A stretch of 64,000 nucleotides of DNA from Octopus bimaculoides. Its lineage: Eukaryota. Made by a program: the position numbers and the translations under genes. A model generated the notes under the pieces. The model was not told the DNA's origin, did no database searches, and saw only the letters and a list, made by a program, of their open reading frames with translations. Numbering within the stretch: position 1 is the stretch's first letter; each line of letters starts with the position of its first letter. The DNA is taken from positions 66,760,402-66,824,401 of the forward strand of contig NC_068985.1 in the NCBI RefSeq assembly GCF_001194135.2. The letters run 5' to 3'. This document shows positions 50,701 to 64,000 of the stretch, in pieces.

Positions 50701-52179
50701 AGCAGGTTCGAAAATAAGCGTAGTGGCGAACAAAATACTATTTGCTCTGCGTATTAAATTGAAGCCACAGGAAATAAGGTGAGCGAGTTACGTTCATAAT
50801 CATTTAGTAGCGACTCCAGTTGCCTTTACTGGATACCGCCATATTGTTAATGTCAGTGTTGAAACAAGAACTCTGAGATAAGTACTCGACACGTAGTTAC
50901 GTACGATCCTTGGTTACTTCAAGAATACGTAGCTCACGTCAGTATTAAATGCTGCGCATTTGTCATTTCCATCCAATCGACAAAGAATTTTTTTATGGAA
51001 ACGACAGAAAATATTCTTCAACAACCTTAAATAATAACTTACCTCGAATTAAAAACGAAGCTGTCATAGACTTGGCGAATAATGAGAATACAACGAAAAG
51101 AAATGCCATCGGTGGATTTATACACTAACTATCCTTGAATTGGTGAATTCATCTATTTCACATTATTGCTTCTTCACAGAGTCGGAGCAACAATTTTGAA
51201 GATAAGAATATGCATGTTGCACATGCTTGCTCAGCTGCATGTGCATTGTGGACCATGCATGTGTTACTGACAATGTGCTACTCCAAGGATTAAATCGCTT
51301 GCAACAGTATGCAATGAACGTAGAGTAACTTCTTTGCAGAAAAATATTTGAGATTTCATCGAAGGTTTTTCGACAAAGTCTCGCAGTCGTCTCTAGCACT
51401 CAATGATGTTCAGTAATTGAAGTATCCATGAAAATGTATTCCTTTTGTGCCTGAAAAACAATGATCATCCTGTATTTAATCGGTTAAATTACTGTGCATC
51501 ATTTGCAAAGGTAACCTTCGAGATATTTTTAATACTGGCACACGTTTTCCCCGATGACACTATGATTTCACCCATACACTTCTTAATAATGAATTTCAAG
51601 GAATAACTGATTCTATTTGATTATTCGGTTTACCAGCGCTCTACAAACATCAACAATGGAAGGCTGCAAGAGATATTCTAGCAAAAAAACAAAACAAAAA
51701 AAAATGCTGCGTGAGTGATCAACTAACAGATGAAACTGAATAAAATTCATAAAAACGTGATTACACTGAGTAGCCTGAGTTTGAAAACCGAAAAAAGCAA
51801 GTGTCACTTTATTCTCAGCATTCTTCAATTAACTTGATGTATTTATTTTACTTCTTCACGGCATCATATACCATGAGAGGAGAGTCAGTAACGCTTAGAT
51901 CACAGAATTGGTCACTGAAACTGTATTCAATACAAAGACATCAGCGCTATTGGCAAGTTACTTACCATTTTAAACCTTGGCGGAGTTGACCCTAAAATAT
52001 GCCTACTAATTCCACAGATTTCTCTTCAAAATCCTGACAAAGATTTGCCTTTCATTCTATGTGGTATGCTTTTATTTTGTAGATAAATACAAGTGAAAAC
52101 ATCTTTAAAGTTGAGGGGACTGTATCTTCGGATTACAGGACTCATACTCGTATAGAATTATATGTTATTATCTTTTCAG

Positions 52180-52198
52180 AGTGGAAGACCCAACAAAG
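52180..52198 (+). other. Candidate 19-nt micro-exon (unverified)
   Basis: ttattatcttttcAG|AGTGGAAGACCCAACAAAG|GTaaga: good acceptor, strong donor, no stop in any frame. No homology support. Confidence 0.25.
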
Positions 52199-53949
52199 GT
52201 AAGAATATTCTCAAAGCAAAGAAAGTTTGACTGCACAACCGGAAATACATATGATAATGGAAATACAGGACATGCGTTAGAAACGTTGATTAGCAAATGT
52301 AAATGTTGTATAATGTTTTCAAACTGCTTGCAGATTACGAGATGGAATAATTTTAAAAATTATTGAAATTACACATTAAATAATGGAGAAATATTTATTT
52401 ATCTTTCACTGAAAAATTGAACCTAACTTTCAGTTATTTTCCTAATTAAAAGCAGGTAGTATAACATATTGTTTCTGTAAATAAGAATAAATGTAAAATT
52501 TATTAGATTAAATTTTTTTTCAAAACCGCTTTGATTTGAAACTGATTATATTTTATATTAAATTTTCACGGACAATTTACCAGACATGCTCAACAATGAT
52601 ATTAATCTATATCTAGAGTGCTCTCTCTTGTTTCCAGTTTAAAAAAAAATTAGGATTATCACTCCGGATTGACATTGCTTTGTGTCTTTCAAGAAGCACA
52701 AATCAACTAGCATGCAAGATTCTGCAGAAATTTCTTTAAAGCATTTAACATCTTGGGCTGAATTTAACCCGCACCATCCCCCTCCATCGTCTGACCCCTT
52801 TCATTGCCCTATATTGTCTAGAGACATGAAACTCAGACGGTAATATCGATTTATTTAAGAAGGACTTTCGTTCGGTGAGATATCTCTAAAATTACGTTGA
52901 AATTCGTTTGAATTATTACCAAAGTATGAAGTAAGTTGATGGAAATGCTGTTCTTCGAATATAGTGGGATGCAGAAAATATTCAGTTACAAACCTGTTAA
53001 CTTCCGAGTAATACAGAGATTTCTATACACTATCGATTCTTTCATTCCATAAAGAATCAGGCAAATGCATCTTTTATTTCAGATTTGCACATAGAGTAAA
53101 AGTGAAAGGCAAATGCTGGAAAACGTGGCCGAATATAGAAAATGTAGCGACATCTACATTAGTTTGTGAAACCCATCATATAAAATAATTATACCCCGGA
53201 AAGCTAATTATGATAATATAACACAATATAACTACAGGAATCAATTTTGTAATAATCTTGTTTATAATTCTGTCAAATAAACACTGTTGCTATATTAGAA
53301 AATTTATTCCAGTGTTATGCCATATTAATTAACATTAATTCCTTTTACGAAAGCGATATTAATTGAATTACGAAAACTGAAATGATATATTACGACATTA
53401 ATGGCTAATTTTTAGTAAGAATGTTATTGATGTATCAATATAAATATTCTTGGTATTCGCGCTTGTAGATAGAACTGATTATAATTTGAGCAATTTATTA
53501 ATGACTATCTGTTTATCGATTGTCATTTTGCTCTTGTCATGTTAGTGAAGTCATGAAACTCGCGTATATAAAATGTCATAGTATCTGACCTGCTACACTT
53601 TAACTTTTGTTTTAAGTTTATAGGTTCGTGTCAAGATTAGATAAATACTGCCTATCATTGTATCAGTTTTCGGGATGTGATTCTTAATTAGAAAAAGATA
53701 CGGATATCTAATCAGTATTAACACGCCGTAATGTATGGAATGTATTTGAAACACAAAGACATGCTACATTTTTTATATGAAAAACGTACTCACTTACTTG
53801 CTTGTAAACATTTGAAATAAATCAATCATATACTAAAGTTTAGAATTTTTACTCAGATATTACCGAAATTTTGAATAAACAACGTAATATGCATTACATG
53901 AAATTTATATTTACAAGCATATATAACAAAGAATATCACTCTTATAAAT

Positions 53950-54310
53950 GCGGCCCATGTGACATCAGGGCAGTATTCAAGAGTAATACAACACTTCGCA
54001 AATATCTCCTTCGAGTACAATCACCAGTAGAAGAGAATATGACCAAAGACTGCGTATACTCCATCCCATGCAGCTGTGGTAGGTTATACAAAGGCGAAAC
54101 ATACCGCTCCCTCAAAATAAGGGTAGACGAACATCGCAAAGCTGTGACACGAGGAGATATTGATAAATCGGGTATTGATGATCATGTATGGAATACCACT
54201 GGAAAATACGAAGACTAAAAGAAGCAGCACATATGCTTGGACACAACAACCTCCTAAGCAGACCGAGTGCAGGTATGAATAGCATATGGTAAGTGGTATT
54301 AAGAAAGGAT
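53950..54310 (+). mobile_element. Penelope-like GIY-YIG endonuclease fragment (different lineage from the 16.9-18.5 kb copies)
   Basis: IRAVFKSNTTLRKYL...CVYSIPCSCGRLYKGETYRSLKIRVDEHRKAV...KSGIDDHVW / LKEAAHM...W. Confidence 0.85.
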
Positions 54311-54689
54311 ACAAAAATATTAGATTTATATGCCCATAATTGCCCACGGGCATAAATATAGAACAATGAAATGAAGTAGATTTTTATGTTAACGATGTAT
54401 TTTCCTTTGTTCAATTACCCCAGACAGCTGTTTTGTTTACTTATCATCCAAAAAGACATTATATAATAATAATATGCATTTGTTTATTATGTCATGGTCT
54501 TTGTGACAGACAGCGGAATAATTGAATAAATGAAAAAATCCATCAATAACATCAAAATCTGCATCACTACATTTTATTTGATGATATTTATTGAACTCCG
54601 TTTAATGAATTCATACTTATAATGATCATTTGTGTGTACACACACACACACACACAGACACATAAACGATGAAATTCCACACTGTTTGC

Positions 54690-54800
54690 GTTGAAAATTC
54701 ACGCACAAGGTACTGGAAGGCGTGGAGCTATTGCAAAATATACCCGCCCAAGTTGCTGCATAGTGAGACTGAACCCGAAATCATGTGGTTCAAAGCGTGT
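54690..54800 (-). mobile_element. Highly diverged SINE head fragment
   Basis: gcccaagttgctgcatagtgagactgaacccgaaatcatgtggtt aligns by eye to the 40450 and 45271 copies. Confidence 0.55.
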
Positions 54801-55649
54801 TTCTTTTTTACTACAGCTAGGTCTGAGCCTAATTATCCAAATATAATTTCTCCTCCAAAAATTGTTTCTAACATCTTAAAGAAACCTAATTGAGTTCAAA
54901 TCACTTCTATAGTATGCAATAGGATGTTTCCTTTGTACAAATGGATGCTCCTTCAGATGAGGGACAAAATTAAACATAGTAAAAAGTTTCTTTTCGATTA
55001 TTTTTGTAACTTTTGGTTTCAAATCATTGAGCAATTCTAATCGAAATGTTTGCTTTTTGAATACTTCTTCCATTTTGTGTGTTTTAAATATGAAGACGCA
55101 AACTATACTTTTCACCAAATCAAGCTCGCTAATAGATTTAAATCCATATTCAACGTGTATCTTGTTCATTTAGCTTAATTTGTATACCTCTAATAATGAC
55201 TGGGTCACAGTTATAATTAAACCAAGTATCACTATTAGCAGCACACATTAAACTAGTCTAATATAATAGCAATCGGAAATAACGATTGTTATGAATATCG
55301 ACAATAGATTTACGAGGCTATGTTTTTTATCCTAATACAAAATTTTAAAATATGGCAGGCCAATATTTACACATTATAAAATTAGGCTATATAATTTCGA
55401 ATAGTGTGGCTGAGTCTAGCATAGAGGAAGAATAATTATGCCACAATTATCAATGCATAAATTCCCACCTTGACCAATACGGTTGATTTTAAGTATCAGT
55501 CGGACTTCAAACATTGAATATTTCATCAATGCCAGAACAGAGTTATAAAACGCTGTATGGCCTGATGTCATTGGTATGCATTGCATTAGGACTTGTAACA
55601 GAATTGGACTTATACTATCAAGGAATAGTGCAGAACAGAGTTCCTTCAA

Positions 55650-56260
55650 TCCAACATAAACTTTCGCCTTCAAGCCTGATTCACAAATTCTTGGATATAT
55701 TTTCGATTCAAACCTTGTCATCATAGATAACGGTAAAGAGGAACAATATCAGTGATGCATGGAAAACAAGTTCTATTAGTCGAGTTGAATGAAAAAGATA
55801 TCATAATCGCATTGGTGTAAGTTTGAAATTTTGGAGGAGGAGGCAAAGCCCTACAAAGAAAGATTATGGTGTAGAACTCAAAACTGTTTTCTCAAACTAT
55901 TTCTGAAAGACTTAAAAAAGATGTTCTTTTTGATTAGTCACTTAGAGAGCACCGACGTTTAAGGCTTCTTGTTCGATTATCCAAGTAGACACCACGGGCG
56001 TTGCCAAGAAAAAAATAAAAGAACACTTCAGAGGAAATAAGTCAACGTTTCACTGGTGAACCAAACTCACGACCAAATGTTTATTCTCTGCTTTCTTGTT
56101 AAAATGTTTCCCAGAAAAAAAAAGTTTCATAAAAATAATTGGCTTACCTAAAGGGCTCGGAAGCCACGTAAGTATATTGACACAAATACTGAATGGAAAC
56201 TTTTGAAAACATTCATACAATCTGGCCAATTCACGCAGGGGCTTCACTTCTTGCCAAAGG
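55650..56260 (+). mobile_element. Ancient LINE RT relic
   Basis: ISDAWKTSSISRV..K...IGVSL and HDQMFILCFLVK..KKK...YIDTNTEWKLL follow the order of RT domains 0-3. Very decayed. Confidence 0.4.
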
Positions 56261-59200
56261 AAATAGAAATGAATGCTTCATATATGTATATGTGTCGCAC
56301 TATACGGTGAGCTGGTTTCTGTCCGAATTTTCTGAACAAATAAACCAACGAAAAAGGGGAATCTTCTGACAATCAGGTGCAGTTCTTGGTAAGTTTCATA
56401 TCAATTTCCAAACCAGTGACGCTATAAGCTTCAAGCAATTAAATGAGACACTTGATGAAATATAAGCGTGCAACAGTGAAACGTTTAGTGACAAGACAAC
56501 TGGTCTAGTTTTCTTTATGTGATTTGCTGGCACGTTACCCGACGAATTGAAGGATAATAAAATCATTCTTTTTGGGTTTGAAAATTATACAATATAGCTG
56601 TCCAGTTCTAAAATGTATAATCATTTCCACATGTCATAGCCAAGGAAATTGTAAGCATGAGCAGCAGATTAAAATTCCAAATAAAATAAATTCTCAATTG
56701 CGTAATACTCCCATATTCTTTACTAAGTAGAAGTAAATCCAAATACGTCGGACAGAGGATATCGTCAGAATGAGTAAATATAGCCATAAAATATAATCTT
56801 CTGTTCAGAAGGTTCAAATGGAGAGGACAATAATATCAACGTTCAAATATTGCAAGTGCCTCGTAAACAGGGGATGATTGTGCTCGAAGATTTTCCTAAC
56901 GTTGACAAGTGAGTATCAGAGTGTTCATGGCGTTTGGCTTATTATAAATTTATTGAGTATAAGATCAACCCATTAAAATGGGGAGTGGGGAATCAAATTA
57001 TGCCACAACATCCTTAGTACAAGCAAGCAACATTATGTGTTCTCTGACAAATACTTCTGTATCTGATTAGACTGAGAATACCTATTCTAGTAGAGAAGCA
57101 TATGTCGTCACTGACTGAACTTCGTAACTTTGTCAGTATGTGCCGTTAGTTCTTTATAGCTACACATTTGGAACTTGCTATTTTGCATTTCCATTGCGCA
57201 TATTCTTTAAAGCCCAATATGTATGCAATATACACTTTCACTATAAGAGCACAAATGTTTATTAAATTATATACATGTATTTATTTTACACATATACGAC
57301 CATTAGATACGGATAACGAACGCGGAGTCGCGTTAATGTTTTCCAAATCAATTTAATCACTGTTTCATATTTGTTCATTATCCATTTAAACAATATTTCA
57401 ACATGTATTTGTTTATTTTTTCAGGTACATTTTAATTCAGAATCGTTTTAGCTTTATAACAGCAAAACTACTTTCATTTTAATTAATTGAAGTAATGTCT
57501 TTGTACTATATCTGTTGGAAGAACGACATAGTTCATAAATCAGCCAATGAACCATAATTGTACACTTGTAATTTCTATAGCGTTGGATTATTTCAACGTC
57601 GTTGAAATTCATTTTAGGATCAAGAATAAAAAAATTACGTCATATCTTAAGCGTATGTTTATCAACAAACGTATGTAAAATTAAACATCATTCAAAGATT
57701 TCTCGTTGTCTCAATGCGTATTGCATACGATTGTAAAACTTAATAAACCTTTTCTCTTCAACTCAAAGCTATGTAGCACAAATAAATTTTGCTGAATTTT
57801 TAAATAAGCGTAAATATTAAATAGTTTATCTTTAAGTATGCAACGCACATATGAATAAAAATCATGATTCTATTCAATTCCGACGGAGATTTGTAAGTTA
57901 CATAAAATATTTCGATATTTCTTGTTTTATGAATAATTACTTCATCATCGTCACCAGCAGAATTTCTACAACGTAATATTACTGTGTAAATCTAAAATTG
58001 TAATCATTTTAAATTCAAACCACAGTGTATACATCTGATTAACGATGATGAAATAATGGAGATATTTGATGCAGTACATTGACATTAATTTAACCTAGTA
58101 GAGGTAAATTGATATTCAATTTCCGTAATTATAGAAATATTTTTTTAGTAATTCACATTCCACTATATTTATTTACACTTTTATGGCATGTAATTATACC
58201 CGTACATTATGTACTCGATGGACACGTAGGTGGCTTGTTATGTCTTTTATAGTATTTAAAATCTAAATAGTGATGCCCATCAATTTTTTCTTTCAGTTTA
58301 TAACTCGAAAAGAATTACAATTGAGTTGAATCTACCATCTTTTCCTATCCAGAAGGACATACAAATCTCGCAATGCTACATGAAAATAAATATTTCAATT
58401 CTAAAGTTGCTTCGGAATTGAAACACATTTGAAAATCTATAATCCCAAATTTTGAAGTGATACACTAATGAAATAATTGTTCTCTACTCAGTTTTTACAT
58501 ACACTCTACAACTGTTTATCAACGTTTTCTAGTGACATATTTCTAGTAAGTTCATAAAAATATAGATGGCAGACCATATCTACGCTTGCCTTGTATAATA
58601 AACGTTCGTCTTTAAATAATAATTTAATACTATAAGATTTTCTTATTCATATTCTGATGCCCTTAGATAAGTGATATCCCCCCCCCCCACACAAAAAAAA
58701 AATCCATGGGTACTGGCGTCAGCTTTAGAACGCATATTAAAAAATGGTATAATCACAGCAATGCAGCTTATATACTACCTTGTTATTATTGTCCTTGATC
58801 AAATATAAATATATAAACATTAGAGAATATGTCTTACTGCTGTTGCTGTTTACTACCTATCAAGCATCGCAGAATTTACGTATCGTCATAGTTACTTAAT
58901 GAAGCAACGTAAATGGTATCTGATCCTTCAAACTGTATTTTCTAACAATTATATAATAAAAACGCTCCTCAATTTGGATATTATACCGAATAGTGTGGGC
59001 TCTGCTGTTCATATTTTTCACGATAAAGTTTATTTCGCTATGGCTGCTGACACTACTGTTCAACCGGAGGTCTCCTCTGCATAAAAAGATATATTAACAA
59101 AGAAATTCCGCCTATAGTTATCTAGGTGGTGCTTTATCATAATTTGTTATAATAGTAGGGGCTCGTCACTTTCATTACCAGCAGGTAGAATGTCTATGTA

Positions 59201-62200
59201 AATCAATGTTTACTTGATGCTAATGTTTGTACTTTCAGGTATATTTCCTAGTATTCATTATTGCAACGGACGATATTGCAAATTCGGTTGCAGTGTAGCA
59301 GATGTGCTGAATATATAGTTGTGGCTCTATAATTTCCTGTTATCAGAGAAGCATGTAAGTGCTTTTAATATAATCAATTCAAGAGGTTATAAGAGGAAAT
59401 TAATTAACACTCGGTTATGGATACGATGTAATATATCACTTATAAAATATAAATTATGAAATAGGAGGATGATTTATGAATATACGTGTGTATCACTGTA
59501 TGTGTGCCGTATAAGGAGTCTGTGACTCGTACTCTGATAGCTGGTTCCTAAATGTAAGTAGTATTGAAATTAATACCATCGGTCTATTTGAGATATTTCT
59601 TTTGCTTAATGATATTTGCATACTATGCAAGTTACCTATCCGACAATCAATTGCAGTCTTCAAACGGTGGTATTTGGTCCGGGAGTTTTCAGCTGACTGC
59701 AGCAGTTTGTGTTGAAATATATCTCCAAATGTCATCACAGAAAATTTAAATCGGATTTCTTTTAAAAATGTAATAGAACTTTGAGAGTATTTTTTTTATC
59801 ATTTCCCGAAATTAGTGAATTGCTTAAAATTGATGCTCCTGACTTTGCTTTTATTTTCCATCTGGGATGGCTATGTGTGTTTCAATGTTTTGTGTACATC
59901 ATTCAGTAGAGCGCCCCATTAAACTTATTTAAGTTTAGGCCCTTTGCTTAACTTAGTTTTCCTTCTTAGCTAATTCAGTTTAAATGTGAGTATTTTTGTC
60001 AGAATTTTCTTAGTTTTAACGAATATTTTAATAGACAAACGTATGATAGTTGAAATGCTATCATGTTCTGAGAATTCTTGCGTTTAGTAATTAAGCAAAC
60101 TGTCATATTTTGAATTTAGTATACTAAAACATCGATAGTAACAAAAATGTGTGGGTTTGATCGGCTGTGGTTTTGAGTGCAATGCTAAAAGCAAGTTTTT
60201 AGTGTAAGGATAATTTTCGCGTAAAACTTCCTATTTGTGGAGTTTAAATGAGTGGCGTTATTGGAATCTAGTAGAAATCTAATCAGTAGTGTAGTTAAAA
60301 ACTTGCATGACATTTATATTCAATGTATATTTGGATGCTAGTGCTTTTCATTTCATTTTTATTGTTTCTAAAGCGCCATACAGCGATGTGTGTACTGAAT
60401 CGTATTAAATACGTTGTTAACAATTCTGATTAAACTTAGATTTCACCTTACTCACGACTAATATTGCGTTTGTCATATAACTAAATATCGAACATACAGT
60501 TTGAGTACAATGCACCTGATTACACAAACCGATTCATATTACATATATACACAACATTTATGATGTGCATATTTCAATCATCATCGTTCACATCACAGCG
60601 TATAGGTTTCATACTTTTCATTTCACGTTTTGCATCAAAGGAGATCATCGTAATATATACCGATTGTAATAAAGTTTGCTCCATCCATGTCGATATATAT
60701 CTATTCTTATTTGAAAGCACCTTAGAATTTTCTTTTCACACACAGCCATTTCAACTTAAAATTCTATATAATTCTAAACGATACCGCACAAACATTGAAA
60801 CCTTTGGATTTTCAAATTCGATTGTTATATTTTCAATCACATGTATATATTTGCATATTCAAATTGCTATTATTCGAATCAACGTCATTTAGGTAAATGG
60901 TAAATTTAGATAAGTATAGGGTGGATTATTTCACGTTTGATGTGCTAAATATTAATATTTGTAGGGACAAAAGGAGAGGAATGAAAATACCAGATAGATA
61001 ATGTTAATGAGACGACAGATTGCACGAAACTAGAGTGGGCAACAAAATAATCAATGTGGCGGTTACGTTTCGTTTGAAGACAGATTTGTAACGATAATTC
61101 AGGCAATTTAGAAATAAAAGTTATTCTATGTTGCTAAGTCTATTGATCGTTTTTATGTATCACTGTTATACAAGAAAGCTTACAAGTTATTGATATTTAT
61201 CTGCGTTAATATAATATCCTTATCCTGCAATTGTGTTGCTAACATATATTTTACCACTTACCTTAATCGAGGGTCGTATACGCTATTTATATTTAAGTTT
61301 CTCCATAAAGAAATCAAATTTCATGCATTCTTTCTATTTCTTATTGCCTATTCACTTCCTTTTGTTGTAAATTATAGAGGAGATTCAGATTATCTGCAAT
61401 ATTTTATGCTGCAGACCTTACAGGGTTAGTAACCATGCTATGACTTTCATTATTTCTCCTTCTACTTTGGCAGTGATTAGGGCTACAACTTAACACCAAA
61501 CACAATAACATCAATTTCGGTCCAAAGTAGCTTTATTGCCATTTAAGGTTCGCTGAAAATTAGTAAACCTTATACACATAACTCAAGTTAAACTATATGA
61601 TAAAATCTGTCAAGATCATTAATTACGCCTAATTAAATGGAATGTACTCTGCTACAGCTAGCTCTCATCTTGTCCATTGGCAAGTTGAAGGCTAATTCAT
61701 TATATTCGAAGCAGTGTTAACAGTCATTGGTATTAAATGTCTTTCAAGCAGGAAAATGACCACTTATTCAGCAACCTCTACTATCTAATGAGAATAAAAT
61801 TTAATACATATTTGTCAGAAGAGATAGCTGTAGAAATTATCTCATGCATTGAAATGCACATTATTTCCTTGGCATTCACTTTTCAAGGGCAGTAATATTA
61901 ATGTCACAAGAGGCTATCACATACCTACAAAAAGAGTTTGCAGACAATGACAGTATCTCTGTATATTCAACCACGTTGCTACAATAGCAGCAAAACCTAT
62001 CTGAAACTATATATTATCCTCTAAATAATGTAGGACGTTATTAACATGGGAGTTCTGCAATGAAAACCGAGATGGTTTCGGCTTAAATATACCCACTACT
62101 AACGTTATTACACTAATATTGTCTTGGGGCAACATTAATATTAAGGAAACGTATATATCACGTCTCCAATGAATTTGCGGTAAGTGAACCATTATTTAAA

Positions 62201-62294
62201 TATTCGTGAATGTATTTTGATTGCTAATAGAAACTCGGAGAAATAAATCCATCCATTCATTTCTTTTTTCCATCCACAGTCCCAGGGAGGGTTA

Positions 62295-62586
62295 TGGAGG
62301 TTGAGTCCTCAATCATATCCTGCATAGAGTATTACTAGAGTCCCCTATTATTACAGTTTTCGTCTGAATTCCCAAGAGTATCCAAATGAAATTATGAATA
62401 TTATACAACCATCTCGTCTACAAACAAACCAGCGTACACCTCTAAGCAATATTCTGAAGATTTCTCGAAGACCTCCCGTTGAGTGAATATCTAGTCAGTT
62501 GTGTCCCGTCCATGATAGAATCTACTCTGTTCTTGAGCTATCTCTGGCTCAACAATTTCCCTACACCTCATTTCTAGACATCTAGC
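62295..62586 (-). mobile_element. RTE-type RT fragment, N-terminal part (inverted)
   Basis: ARCLEMRCREIVEPEIAQEQSRFYHGRDTTD*IFTQREVFEKSSEY. Confidence 0.75.
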
Positions 62587-62635
62587 TTAGTTTTATCGGG
62601 GAGTCTCCGAGTCTCCACAAAAGATTCTCTCTCTT

Positions 62636-62692
<57 letters not shown>

Positions 62693-62769
62693 TTTATTTC
62701 ACCGTCCCAATGAAAACATGAAACTCCCTATAGCAATGCCCAGATGTTTGTATTATAGTATTTAGTGCA

Positions 62770-63088
62770 ATCTCGAAACATTTCATTGTGGGTGATGCTG
62801 GGATTATTGCCATTAATTTTTATGAACAGGATTGACATGTGCGCTTTTTGTGGAAGTAATATCACAATCGATGAGTGAAGAATCGATCAGCCGTTATTTG
62901 CAGACGATGTGGTGCTATTTGGCTTGTGAGAAGGTGGTCTCCAGCATGCAGTGAATGAGTTGCCTGCAAAGTGATACACGGCAATGATTAAAATTTATGT
63001 TGGGAAGACTGAGATATCAGCTTTGCAGCTTAATGGAACATGACTATGGCAAGTGGAGAAGTTTAAGTATCTCGGTCACATATTCATG
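62770..63088 (+). mobile_element. RTE-type RT fragment, C-terminal part
   Basis: PLFADDVVLF...GLQHAVNE...KTE...QVEKFKYLGHIF. Confidence 0.8.
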
Positions 63089-63514
63089 CTGTAGGAGAGA
63101 AAAAAAGGAGAAGTAATAAACAAATAAACAAAATACAGAAATCTTTCCTTTTGTAGAATCTTATGAAAAGGTTGATATAATTTCAAAGTTTTTAGTAGCA
63201 ATTTACTTATAAAATTTTGACGTGTAAATTTAAAATGAAACATTTTTTATACTTAACAATATTAAAATGAAAGATGACCAAAAATATACCCATGAAGAAT
63301 ATGGGCAGGTAATTATAAGATAGCAATTCTTTGATCCCCGTTAATTCTTTGAGCCCTGTTAATTTACGGGGATCAACAGAGGTTGTGAAGCGCTGGCGAA
63401 AGATAAATACAGACACAAGGAACACATGTCCGAACACACGCACACACACAGACACACACGCACACATACACAGACACACAGACACAGACACAGACACACA
63501 TACACACTTATATT

Positions 63515-63628
63515 TACGACTGGCTTCTTTCAGTTTCGGTCTACTTAATCAGCTTATAATGATTTACTTGGTCTTGGGCTATAGTAGAAAACACTTGCGC
63601 AAGGTGCCACGCAGTGGGACTGAATCAG
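63515..63628 (-). mobile_element. SINE head fragment
   Basis: ggcttctttcagtttc...gggctatagtagaaaacacttgcgcaaggtgccacgcagtgggactga. Confidence 0.75.
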
Positions 63629-63904
63629 AAGAGGAATTGATATCCAATGAATGCTGAAAATCCCATCCAAAAATATTGAAAAGAATAAAACCTTACAACA
63701 GAAGCCTGAAATGATGTTGAAACACAGATCTGCGAGCAGCTGAAGCAAATCATTCATGCATACTCGACTCATTAAAATTTGCAACCAAGCATCACCAAAG
63801 GTATGTTGGATACTGAAGTTCAATAATCTCAATAACTAATATAAAAAAATGAATTTTCTATGACCCGAAGTCATTTGATGATGGATACTTGCATGTATTG
63901 CTGT

Positions 63905-64000
63905 TATATTTTATCTTTTACCTGTTTCAGTCATTAGATTGCAGCCATGCTAGGGCACAGCCCTGGAGAATTTTTAGTCGGATGTATCTACCTCAGGGAT
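63905..64000 (-). mobile_element. SINE 3' module, cut by the window end
   Basis: tttacctgtttcagtcattagattgcagccatgctagggcac, the same module as at 21300. Confidence 0.7.

Noticed and set aside
51170-51420. VTDN-containing peptide hinting at a hAT transposase
   Set aside because: A single short motif with no other hAT blocks or TIRs found.
51966-51991. Minus-strand 26-nt micro-exon candidate (ATG|GTAAGT donor)
   Set aside because: The acceptor tract is weak and it conflicts in strand with the nearby plus candidate. No support without RNA data.
54876-55724. Two minus-strand ORFs (97 and 102 aa), one with IGQGGN recalling a viral D5/SF3 Walker A motif
   Set aside because: The essential GKS/T is absent, and adjacent plus-strand sequence is better explained as an ancient LINE RT.
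59239-59354. A-to-I editing of UAG to UGG rescuing a Cys-rich reading frame
   Set aside because: No evidence of transcription, of a pairing partner or of homology. Pure speculation.

Overview
AT-rich, microsatellite-dense eukaryotic nuclear scaffold with many N gaps. The tRNA-derived SINE families and repeat landscape point to Octopus or another coleoid cephalopod (inference from recognition, not a search). I recognise no host protein-coding gene. Nearly all ORFs in the supplied track are microsatellite or N-gap read-throughs, or fragments and antisense shadows of decayed transposons. The window is a transposon graveyard in intergenic or large-intron DNA. It holds R4/Dong-clade non-LTR elements, RTE and CR1/L2 LINEs, two lineages of Penelope-like elements, Tc1/mariner relics and MITEs, a structurally complete non-autonomous Helitron, a Helitron helicase relic and several SINEs. 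The best signal is at 6.6-8.7 kb. Two related but distinct R4/Dong-like retroelements sit in tandem and in the same orientation, each bracketed by (CATA)n arrays, suggesting a family targeted to a (CATA)n/(TATG)n tetranucleotide microsatellite. Separate Dong-like copies in the window sit in (TAA)n, the known Dong target. Several relics also carry internal inversions. A few candidate micro-exons are listed at low confidence. Most element boundaries are approximate and all protein motif calls come from manual translation.
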